From contig NW_024704742.1 of NCBI RefSeq assembly GCF_018977255.1, forward strand, positions 59,150,001 to 59,214,000: a stretch of DNA of 64,000 nt. The letters are read 5' to 3'. This DNA is from Callorhinchus milii (lineage: Eukaryota). Shown in pieces: positions 27,411 through 38,557 of this stretch (position 1 is its first letter; each line of letters opens with the position of its first letter). The translations under genes and the position numbers were made by a program. The notes beneath the pieces are model-generated. The model searched no databases. It saw only the letters and a program-made list of their open reading frames with translations, and was not told the DNA's origin.

Positions 27411-27924
27411 TTATTATCAATAATAAATATTATTATAAATAAGGGTCAGTAAATTCAATATAGCTAATTTTTGGGGGGTTTCATTTTTTCCTAGTGCTCA
27501 AAGCTTGTAGGTTAGATCTCATCCAAACTGATGCAGTATGGCATATCAATGCTGAACATATAACTGTGATTGTTGAGCATGGCTAAATATTTTGGCATCT
27601 TCACACACACCAGGGGACAGTCCCAAAGCTGTCTCAATGCTGTGTACCTCAAAGTCCTAACATGGTTTTGCATGCTCTTCGATTTAAGAATATTAAAAAC
27701 TAAAATTGAGGCTTTTAAAGTGCATACTCAAAGTCAAGAATAAAAATTTGATCAGGAAGGTTGGGTTCAGCAGAGCACTCAGGATAAAGCTCGAGTAAGT
27801 CACTTAAATTTAACGTCCAGTTCATGCATAATCAGTCCATAATATCTGTAAGTCACACTATCCCAGGATGAATACAGTGACTGATCCTGATCCTCTACCA
27901 CTCTGCCTAGGAACCCATTGGCAA

Positions 27925-28155
27925 AAGAATACGGGAAGACATAAAAAGGTTAGCAGAATGGGCAGATAGGTGGCAAATGAAGTTTCATGTAGGAAAATGC
28001 AAAATAATTTATTTTGACAGGAAAAGTAAAGAAACTGTATGTAGTCTAGATGGTAGGAACCTAAGAAAAATAAGGTGTAAAGAGATTTGGGGATTCAGAG
28101 CCACAGATCTCTAAAATTCGGTACACAATTAGAAAAGGCTGTAAAAAAGGCTAAA
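27925..28155 (+). mobile_element. CR1 ORF2 fragment
   Basis: IREDIKRLAEWADRWQMKFHVGKCKIIYF...RDLGIQSHRSLK. Confidence 0.85.
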
Positions 28156-28164
28156 ACAGAAGTT

Positions 28165-28372
28165 ATAATAATAATAATAATAATAATCCTCACATTTGAT
28201 ATAGCGCTTTTCACGTCGGGAGGACGTCCCAAAGCGCTTCACAGAACACACTGTAAAGTGAATTGACTGTATATTTGTGGGCGAACGCGGCAGCCAATTG
28301 CGCACAGCAATGTCCCACAAACAGTCGTGGATTGAAAATGACCAATTTATTATTGTTTTTGGTTTTGGAGGG
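28165..28372 (-). mobile_element. Young 5'-truncated SINE (3' half)
   Basis: Near-identical to 24280-24478 in reverse; (TTA)n tail. Confidence 0.9.
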
Positions 28373-28481
28373 AACACTGGGAACACTCAGCAGGTCAGGC
28401 AGCATTTATCGAGAAAGGAAAGTGAGGCAACGTTTCGGGTCCATGACCCTTCGTCAGAACCCACCGAAACCTTGACTTCAC
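28373..28481 (-). mobile_element. Penelope-pLTR-derived fragment with a short inverted arm
   Basis: Near-identical to the left arm of the 10727 element; followed by ccgaaaccttgacttcac, the start of an inverted copy. Confidence 0.8.
28429..28460 (-). ncRNA. Minimal type-I hammerhead ribozyme-like motif with intact core
   Basis: Minus strand reads gttCTGACGA-a-gggtc-atg-gaccc-GAAAC-GTT: CUGANGA and GAAA boxes, 5 bp stem II, palindromic ACGT in place of stem III. Confidence 0.65.
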
Positions 28482-28811
28482 CAGAAATGGGGGTAATGCT
28501 TCTTTGCTGTGCATTCTATGATTCTATAAAACTAGGGCTAAAAAAATGCCTGTGTTATCTAATTACACTAGGATTTCTGTCAGTCAATAGAATGGCTATT
28601 AGCAACCAATTGATTGGTCAAACGTCCATGGTAGACCCTACGAGCGGAACTCAATGTTCATGTCAGATTAGACAGCTGTTCGTATTTTACTGACAAGCAT
28701 GCCATATTATTTAGCAGTGGAAGGATGCTAATCAAAAACATATGCATTTATAAAAATGTTGTCAGTGGCAGGTATATGTTCAAATTTTTCTGCCTTTAGT
28801 AATAATCAATA

Positions 28812-29115
28812 ACATTAATAATCCTTTCATTTGATGCCACACCTATCATACAAGCATGATGTTTCAAAGCACTCTCCAGGATTTTACTGCGAAGTGTAGT
28901 GACTGTAATTTGGAGACAAAAGCAGAGGCCAATGTATGCGCCACACAATGTCCCACACACAGCTATGAAGCGAATGACCAGTTTTATTTGGGGGATTATT
29001 GGCCAGAAAATCAGGAGAATCTCCTTTTCCTTACAAAAAATGCCAAGGGATCTTTAATGTCCAACTGAACAGACAGACTCGGTTTAACTATCATCTGAAG
29101 GACAGCACCTCCAAA
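28812..29115 (-). mobile_element. Deu-type SINE, degenerate
   Basis: Tail and Deu-like body colinear with the other type-B copies. Confidence 0.7.
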
Positions 29116-29888
29116 GATTAGGTTGTGCTGTACAATGTGTAAGCTTTCTAAATTTAGCTTTCAATAAGTGGGGCATTAATGACAATGAAATTATCTCTAA
29201 TAGTGAATTACACTACCTTTCTCAATATGCTGTAAAACAATTATTTTACAGATTCTGTTACAAAAAAGCAAACAACAAGGAATAAAAAAATGGCTATTCT
29301 TTGGAAACCTATATTTAAAAAATGGATTATCTAAAATAAGAGAAAAATGGTTTGTATCTGAAATTTACCATGACATGCATTGCACTTCAAGCATCTTCAT
29401 AATAAGATACATCATATTATGGATTCTTTGAATCTACAGACACCACAACTTGTAAATAACATAAAAACATAATGAAATGTTGAACATTAAGTGACAGTTC
29501 AATTTATGTAAAAATGCACAATTGTCATAAGTAAACCTTTTTGCCTTGGGTAACAAGGTGCAACAATTCAAAATGCTATAAATAATTTCTACCGTGCTAC
29601 ACTTACTAATTGACAACCTTGTTTCCCTTAGGATTGCCTTAGTCAACAAGGTTCATTTTTCAGTCATGGAAGACTCTGATATCTCTGAAAAACCTGCTTG
29701 AAAGCCCAAGGGCCAGCATTTGAACACCATCTTTTTTTTCACTTTCTTGTGGCACCCTACTGTGCCTTTGCCAGACTTGGCTCAAACTCCATACCTTCAA
29801 GGTACTGTATAATAGACCATACTGTAGTTTAAAATCATTCAGGCAGGAAGAGGTAGGGGATAGCAATGGCACTGTTGATGATTAATAC

Positions 29889-29988
29889 CTGATAGAATGA
29901 CAGCTCTGAGTGAAACTGGAGGCTCACGCCATTTTTCATGTCGCTCTTTGCCATTGTAGTTGGCTGACACACTGTCAACCTTTCACTG
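29889..29988 (-). CDS. Internal coding exon (phase 2 to 0): (S)SERLTVCQPTTMAKSDMKNGVSLQFHSELSFYQ
   Basis: Strong acceptor ttccttttcttag|C, donor CAG|gtatta; only the phase-2 frame is open, matching the upstream exon that ends in AG. Confidence 0.65.
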
Positions 29989-32133
29989 CTAAGAAAAGGA
30001 ATTTAAAAATAGTTGGTATAGTTCAACAGGCAAATACAATGTGAGTGGGAGAATTGTACAGACACAACTCTGCTGTACCACAAACCACTCAGGGTACAGC
30101 ACAGCACTGGGGTTACAAATGGCTTGAAATTAAGCTCCCTTTTCACGTGTGGCAACATTTGGCTTGAATTAAAGCTCTCACATAAAAGACTCTTGGCACG
30201 TGCTTTTTACTGAAGTAGCCTACTTTTCTGAGTTAAGAACTCTAGAGGGAAAAGGAAAAAACATAGGGATACATACAGCACACCCTGGGGGAAAGAGAAT
30301 CTTATTTTATTCATGCTAATGAAGCGAAGAGGAATTTAGTGCCCTATTTATATTGCTCTTTTTGTATCGATCCAATGCACAATAATGTTCAACTAGTGCT
30401 TGAAATACAATATAAATTGTGTCAAACACATACACAAGCACAATGACAAAGTCATTCATGCTTTCTGGGAAGGTGATTTGTTAAAACGTGAATTAGCACC
30501 ATTCCACTGCTGTATAAATACAGAGTGTGTGAGACAATTTGGTGTTGTCTCAAGAAATGTATTCTGCTGACTTAGCCCCTCAAAAAAAATTGGGTAATGC
30601 ACTGGGACGAGACAGAGCTTAATTGTGATGATTCAAGAGACGTTCTCCTGGTTAATCAGTTTCTCTATTTATTTACCCTGTTCTAATGCACACTGAGCCG
30701 CATCCAAACAACCCAGCACCATAACACTGGTTCACTCCCCTTTTTATGCTGTGCTCATGCATCAGCAAGGTGCTTTAACCATGTTATTAAAGCGCTAATA
30801 GTATTAATTGGAGACAAGTATACAGATATTTTCAAGTTATTGTTTAGGGTGTTATAGAGAATGATTAATTCCTTTCCTACGGTATAGTTTGATATGAACT
30901 AATATGTTTCCCAGTTGCCTGTATGGATACCCTGTGGAGTTCAACCCTTTCAAAAGGTTGAAATTTGAATTGATTTTCCCTGTCCTATAATCAACTATTC
31001 TGCTTCTTTTACATCCCCTAAACCACATACTTGATTCAGAGAGGACAAGGAACGTTTCCACAGATTGAATGTGGACAATTCAATCTGTAACCAATTTCTA
31101 CAAGGTCATGGATTGAAGCATCCTTTAATTTCACCACCTCTCCTTCACATCCCCTAATGAAATGAGGAATTCACCAGCTGGCCAACGATGAAGTGCACAT
31201 GTATCACTATATTATATGCTACTGTGACTCTCTACGCACACACAGGATTTTTCCCAAATGTTAACATTTAATTTTGTTGAGAACTGAATCGAATTTATAA
31301 TAATCCACCACTAATATCTCAAAGAGATAAAAAGTGCATTCTATTTCTTTGGCCATAATATGCAATACAATTTACATAATTTATATAACATCTTTCTTGT
31401 CAGGAGGATGCCTCAAAGCACTTCACACTGAAGGCTGGGAACTGAGTTAGGGGTGGGAACTAAAGGGGAAGAGAAAAAGGATGACCGGAAGGGCAGTCGA
31501 AAAGGTGTGTCTCGAGTCAGGCCTTGAACAAGGGAGGGTGAGAAAATATGTGCAAGTAGCATAGCTTCCTTTTACTATGTACATTCAGAAGTAAGCAGTG
31601 ACAACTGGCATTGGCAACTTTGCAGAAGAATGGATTTCAAACTGAGGAGGAAGGAACAAACCAAGTAATGATATCTAGTACAGATTATACTGAATGGGAA
31701 CGATAAATATTGCATCAAATTTAGCCTTGAATTATAGTCATGATGTACAATAGGCTTCCCTTACATCATTTTATCTATATTGTTGTTGAAGGGTAAAATA
31801 ATTTATGCAATTTGGATGCAATTGTTTTACAATATTTATATTAAAAAAAATTTGGATGAAGAAGGCCCTTGAGCACATTTTGGTCTCATCCATCCAAAAT
31901 ACCACCCAACTCTCATAACTCTCACAACAACAGTTCAGCAATCAAAGTGCTAATGATACAGATCACAGTGAAGGCAGCAGCTTAGACTTTGCTACCTAAA
32001 AATGTCAAATGTGAAAAGGTCAGGAATGAAGGAAAATCTACATAAGGTGGAAATAAAATGCTGCCTGCTAAAATAAACAAAATAAATCATTCTACTAATT
32101 CAATAATTAAGTGCCCTTCAGTGATTTGAAATG

Positions 32134-32304
32134 AAGTCCCACCTCAAGACCCTCCTCTTCGACCATGCCATCGGCCACCCCCCTTCCCCGCCCCTCCTTC
32201 TCCCCCCGACCCCTGCTCGGGTCTGAAATGCTGTACACTTTCCAGCGCCTTGGGACGTCCTCCCGACGTGAAAGGCGCTATACAAATGTAATGTTGTTGT
32301 TGTT
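32134..32304 (+). mobile_element. Young L2 3' end
   Basis: KSHLKTLLFD, then gcgccttgggacgtcctcccgacgtgaaaggcgctata and (TTG)n. Confidence 0.9.
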
Positions 32305-32999
32305 GCAAGGGGGGTAGAACATTATATTCATTTAAACCAAGTCATTAGAACAAGAGAACATAATTCGACCAATTTTAGGACAGACACCAGGAATCATTTA
32401 TTTACACAAAAGTAATCAACAACTGGCAATGGTTTCCAGGAAGGGTGGCCAAGCCAAGACATTCAATTCATTTATGAAGCAGCTTGATACAACAAAGGGA
32501 AGATGGTAGCATTGATATTTTGGAAGGAATGATGAAAGGGTTATCTATAACCAAACCTCTCTCTTGTTCTTGCCTGACAAGTTAGTGGTGAAGGGTGCAT
32601 CTTGGGAATGGTAGACTGAGGTGGATAGAGACACAGGAAGAATGAATTAATTTCCCTGATTTTCTGAAGGCAGACTACGCAATTGATTTGCTTGGTATAT
32701 GGTATAATGTTTGTGTGTGTTTGTGGGTGGGGAGGTTATATATATTTATGTGCATTGAATGTATTTTCCCATATGGTTTAGTAGCAAATGTGCTGACTCT
32801 TCTGAGTCTTTTTGAGGTGTTTGGTTCCTGCTATGTCATTATATAAAACAAAAATAATGCCAGGAGGCATGAACACCTGGCAAATTATCAAGCAATGGCT
32901 AAAATGACCACAATTTGCCCAGTTTCATATATGTACAATTTCCATTTGTTAGGCATAAAAAAAATGCATCATGTTTTAAAACAGCTTATCTTCAGGCAG

Positions 33000-33790
33000 C
33001 GGGGAGAAAATGGAAGATGATGAAAAGAAAACTTGGAAGGGGATAAAGTAAGCAAAATTGTACAATTTTAAGTATATCCTAAAGTGGATGCAAAGTAGAT
33101 ACATGTTGTGTGGAGAAGGAAGATAACATCAAAACCAAGATCAGGGTTTAAATAAAAGTGAGCAGAAGGACATAATGAATTTGAAATTACTTTGAAACCA
33201 GGGAACGAGGAAGAGTGGAAAATATGAAGGGAAAATAAGAGATGCTAGGAATTACCAGCAGTCAAAAAAACATGTGAAATTAAAGTGGGCATCAGACATA
33301 TTGAAGAACTCAGCCATATTCCAAATAAGGTCAATTAAGCAGTGATGGATCCTGATCAATTGAGGAAATGGTGGTCAAAAATGAAATAGTAATTAAGAAA
33401 AGTTTGCGAATGAAGGCTCATAAATAACTAGGCCCAGATGGGAGTCATCTGAGAGTTCTTCAAAAAAACACTGTAAATTTAACAGATCTGTAGTGGAAAT
33501 AGGAAAACTCAATTAAATATGAGGTTGGTACCAGGAAGAAAGATAGCTCATGTGATTTCATCCTCCATAAAAAGGTCAGAGTCCCAATAGCATAGCATTA
33601 TTAGCTCTTGACATCTTTAATTGGAAAAATACTAGTTTGCTATAAAGGAAGCAATATACCAGTATATAACAAACTGAAAGCAATAAACCAAAACCTACAT
33701 GGGTCTGATTAATGGAATTCATGTCTATAAAAATTCATTGAGGATACAATTGGTAGATACCCATATGGTGGTGTTGACTTTGATAAGCTT
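33000..33790 (+). mobile_element. Highly degenerate CR1 ORF2 (tether and RT N-terminus)
   Basis: ggcccagatgggagtcatctgagagttctt (GPDG.H.RVL), cataaaaaggt, catggg, gactttgataagct (DF.KA). Confidence 0.6.
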
Positions 33791-36314
33791 TCTCTTGAGA
33801 AAACGACTAAAGTGAAAGTACAGTATAGGAAACTAAAGCCAAATGTACATAATAAATTATTAAATATATAGAGAGTGATGGTAACTATTTGTAAATCTAT
33901 TTTTCTAGCTATTAGCAAATTGACGTTGACTGCCAATAGGTAGCAGTAATCGATGGAACTCTATACAATATTCTTGGATGCCTGCTATCAACGTGAAACA
34001 AATAAAAAGTAGAATATCTACATTTGGAAAAGATATGAAGTTTAACAAGAAAGAAAAAATGACATTCATATTTTGAGGTTGTTTTTCCCAACCACATCTA
34101 TTTCTGGTTGGCTGCTGCAGTAACACCCACAATAAAATGAATAGCCTGAAGTTCCACTGAGTCTTTATATAATAATCCTTAAATTTGATCTAGCATCTTT
34201 CAATTAGAAGGGCATCGCAAACAGCTTCACAGGCTTTACTGTAAAGTGGAGTAACTGAGTATTTTTGTTGGTGAATGTACCAACTATACCAATTTGCACA
34301 CAGAAATGCCCAACAAACAGCCATGAAGTAAGTGACCATTTTTAATGGGGTTATTGTTGGCCGGGACTCCAGGAGAACCCAATGAATCTGTCTTAAAATC
34401 TAGGGTATAAAATAGTGGAGCTGGTTCATTTTAAGAACTCTGAAAAATGTCTTCCAAAACGACTGAATTGAAGGATTTTCCACAATGCTGCAATATGCTA
34501 CATTTGTAAGGCTGAACAATAAGCATACAAGCTAAAACTAGGTGGAATTTTCAGGACTTTTACTTCAATTTGGATTGCTTCAAAAAGTGGAGGCCAAACA
34601 TTTAATTTGCTGGCAGCATTGGTTTATACTCAAGTGGCTATTCAAACTGTATACCAGATTTGAGTGCACACAAATGCTCAAACATATACCTGTGGGACTC
34701 AACACAATTTTTCACACTTTCCTTTTATTCTGCCCGTTTGATTCCACTACTACTATCATAGTTTTGTGATGCAACTGAGTATTTGACCTCATTATTCAGC
34801 CTGGCATCGCTTGAATCAAACTGACCAGATTGATTTGGGCTTAGAGACCTAATTTCCAATCCAATCCTAATTTTTCAATTTTGATCTCTTAAATATTACA
34901 TGAAGTATTTAAATGAGTGTTTAATTAAAAGTGAATTTCAGAAAGCTTTTTTTAAGATTAACAGAAGTCCTATCTGAAGTAATAAATGGTTCAAAATTAA
35001 TTGTTTTACTTGCTCCCTTTCCTGATTCCTCAATGCTATAATTGATGTCACATTGTGTCACGGATATTATTAACATGGTCAAGTGCCTCCCGAAATGTAT
35101 GTGGAGAGAGAAAAAAATGAAGATAGCAGAAAATGATCAAAGGGCAGACAGGTAGCAAGTAAGCAAAAAATAATCAAGTAGGAATCAAACCGGAGTCTTG
35201 ATTAACTATTCATAGGAGACTCCAGTAGGCACATTCATTAGCATTTCACACAAACAAATAATAATTGATTTGTTTGATGTTAATATGAATGATAGTTATA
35301 CAAATTATGTGATCATCACAAGAAGAACAAAATCATGATCACAAGAAGAACAATAGTGTAGATTCGACAGAATTATAACAACAGAAAGAATTGTTCAGTC
35401 AGAGTTTGGCTTGTTTATTTATCTTTGGGTGCATCATTCACAAACATAATGGGCATTTTATAAATATAATTTTAGAAATATAATTTTATAAATATTATTT
35501 TAATATAATTTTAATATAACAGTATTTTTTTTATAAAGGGCTTAATATGATTGAATAAATTCTGGAATTTCCATATGTTGTTGAGATGCATGGAAATTTC
35601 ATTTTGGTTTGGATAGTCTTAAGCATAGTGATGGGTTTCCTCATGTCTCAGACACCCAGCATTCCACTCATCACTTTATCCATTGCCTTTTTCCTGCTAT
35701 TTTCTGATGAACTTTCCTTTAGGCTTTACCTATGTCACAATCTCACATCTAACTGGTTTAGAAAGTTAACTGAGATTATTACTGTCCTTTAATGAATAGA
35801 TGAAATAATTTACCAGTGGCAATTAGTTATGCTTCGTGCCAATTTTAGCTTGGAGCATAGGCACTGGCAGAAGCCTCGCTTTCAATTGTAGCACACTTGG
35901 GAAACTGAACATGTGCTACTGCCTGCAGAGATACAGACTACTCGTCTCAGGAGAAAGTTTGCTCTATAGCTTCAGAGTGAACAGTAGCAAAGGCAGTAAA
36001 ATAAGTTTTGACAGTTGCTGCCTTATGGCATTGGTCAGCATTTATTCCTTGGCTCCACAGGAAGCATCTTTGCATCTCTGGCCTGTGGAGTCTCCCGGCA
36101 GAGATCATGGACATTCCAGTGGCCAGAAAATGAAGTGAGCTTGTGGTTTCCAAATGACTTTGTGGCTCACAGTTGTGTGTGTTGTTGCAAGAGCTGTGTA
36201 ATCTGCCTTGCAGTGTTAACAGGTACATTCCACATCACTGGCTGCAATGAGGATTGCAATGGTCTTTCTATTTGGAGCAGCTTTGCAATATAAACACATC
36301 AGTGAATCTGAAAA

Positions 36315-36655
36315 CATCAGCCTGGCTCAGTTGGTAGCACTCTCGCCCGAGTCAGAAGGCTGTTGTTCAAACCCCAATTGGGACTTTGAGTTCGTAATCT
36401 AGTTCTCACTCCAATGCAAAAACATTGTATTGTGCTGCGCAGAAGTGCTGTTCTTCAGATGAGGCGTTAAACTGAGGTCCTCTCTGCATGTTCAGATTAA
36501 CGTTAAATATTCCATGGCCATAGTCAAAAAAGAGAAGGGAGTTCCTTACACTGCCCTAGCCAACAATCCTCCAGATAAATTAATCATTCACTTCCTGCTG
36601 TATTTGGGACATTGTTGTGCGCAAATTGGATGAGGCAATCACCTACAAATACAAC
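36315..36655 (+). mobile_element. Deu-type SINE (head type B)
   Basis: tcagcctggctcagttggtagcactctcgccc...gtcagaagg...gttcaaaccc head plus Deu-like body. Confidence 0.8.
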
Positions 36656-37954
36656 TAATCATTTTAACCACTATCTAATTATAGACAATTTATAAATTAC
36701 AATGATTATTGTTAATAATAATAAAATAGGGAACAAGCTAACCAGCAGTACAGGCACATGGCTGCTACCCACACATCTGTGTGAAGAGTCTGAAAATATA
36801 GTTCTTAATGCTTTACAATTACCTCCAGGACATTAAGGTTGGGATTCAAAGTGGGTACATCGGAAATTGGCGAGTCTTGAGGTTTTTGTGCAACTAAGAT
36901 GTCCAATAAAAGAAAATTAATAGATCACATTTACATTGCATTTTAGTAGGAAATATAATTAACTGTGAGATCAATGTTAAAATACTTGCGATCTTATTAC
37001 TGAACTGTACAATCATATATTCTAGCTACTAATAGAACAATGTGCAATGACATTACAATGGATAATTCTTTTAAACATATATATTGTGCACTGTAGGTAA
37101 CTGGGTGCGAAAAAAAGTGTTCTTGTTTTACAGAGGCAAAATGTGGAAAAGTGAGGTGAGGGGGAAAAAAAGTACTGCAGCAACATGAAAAGCTTGTTTT
37201 GCTGGGACCCCTGCTGTCTAAGAGATCAAAGCTCTGGAGGAGGCTGTGGAACAGCTGAATGTACTGCAACAGAATGGGGCCTGTGGCAGCTGCTCTGGGC
37301 ACAATCTCCGACTCAGGTGCACAGCAAACTCAATTCTTTTAAATGAATCATGGGAGCAGGTTACCTCTCCCCTCCTTCATTATTTCATCTGCAGTCACTG
37401 AGGACATACCAACTCCATCCATCACAATGCACAAATTCTCTGTGCACAGATTCATTTCAGGCCTAATTAAAGACTTTCCTTTCATTTGCAGGGATAATTA
37501 GACTTTCATCTCACCAGGAAGCTTCAAAAAAGATCCATTTCTTTTTAACAAAAGCCACATCAAACAAAAGCAGACTTTAACTGTCTTTTTTTGTCAAGGC
37601 AGCAGTCAATAAGTAAGCTGGCACGACCAACACAGGCGTGTGTAACAGTGTTGCACACGTTCATCAAGTCACTGAACAGTGGATTGAACATAATGCGACT
37701 TGGACATCAGTTAGTTCGTCATAAATGATTTTTAAAAATCCTCAAAGGATCAATCAATGTCTTAGTCTGTGGAGCCACTAAATTCTTTTGGTATGTTTAA
37801 AAAATATATGCACTCAGCTTCATCCATATATTTTAGTATCTACAAAACACATTATTTAAGCACTAAGTATCAAAGTAAAATTAAGGGAATGTTGGCTCCT
37901 AATACGTTCTGAATTTCAGGGAAGCGGGTGAGGGAAAAGTACTCCATGATGTTA

Positions 37955-38170
37955 CATCGTGCTTTCAGCCACTATGCTCCAGATTATTGGAACTTCATGT
38001 CTCAATCCCTCAGTCTTGCCCCCTCTTTCAAATCACACCTGAAGACTTTCCCCTTTGACCACATCGTCGGTCACCTCCAATCTTTCCAGTTCAGCATCAA
38101 ACCACACCGCTGTTAAGCACTCCAAGATGCTAGTCGTGTGAAGGGCGCTATATAATTGCAAGTTGCTGTT
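37955..38170 (+). mobile_element. Old L2 3' end, followed by a SINE 3' half to about 38418
   Basis: RAFSHYAPDYWN...SFKSHLKTFPFD. Confidence 0.75.
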
Positions 38171-38441
38171 ACATGAGGGTTCTATCTCCTGTTCTTTAGG
38201 TGGATGTTAATGTTCCCATGACACTATGTGAAAAAAGCAGGGAGTTTCTCTTGGTGCCATGACCAGCAATCCTCTACATAAAAGTGGTCATTCACTTTAC
38301 GGCTGTTTCTGAGACATTGCTATGTGCCATTTACAGTATATCATGTGATGTGCTTTGATAGAGCCTCCCAACATGAAAGACAGGACATCAAGTGTGCAGA
38401 TTATTATTATTATTATTGTCCTCCATATACAAGAGATGAAT

Positions 38442-38557
38442 GGAAATCTAAAAACAAAAACTGACGAAGGTCATGGACCCAAAATGTTGACTCACGTTCC
38501 TTTCTCCATAGATGCTGCCTGACCTGCTGAGTGTTCCCAGTGACTTCTGTTTTTATT
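38442..38557 (+). mobile_element. Penelope-pLTR-derived insertion with degenerate hammerhead core and 14 bp TSD
   Basis: ctgacgaaggtcatggacccaaaatgttgactcac...gatgctgcctgacctgctgagt; flanked by tacaagagatgaat (38428-38441) and tacaagtgatgaat (38558-38571). Confidence 0.75.

Noticed and set aside
36061..36134. Plus-strand exon-like segment with AG/GT sites
   Set aside because: No compatible partner exons and no recognisable peptide; opposite to the supported gene.
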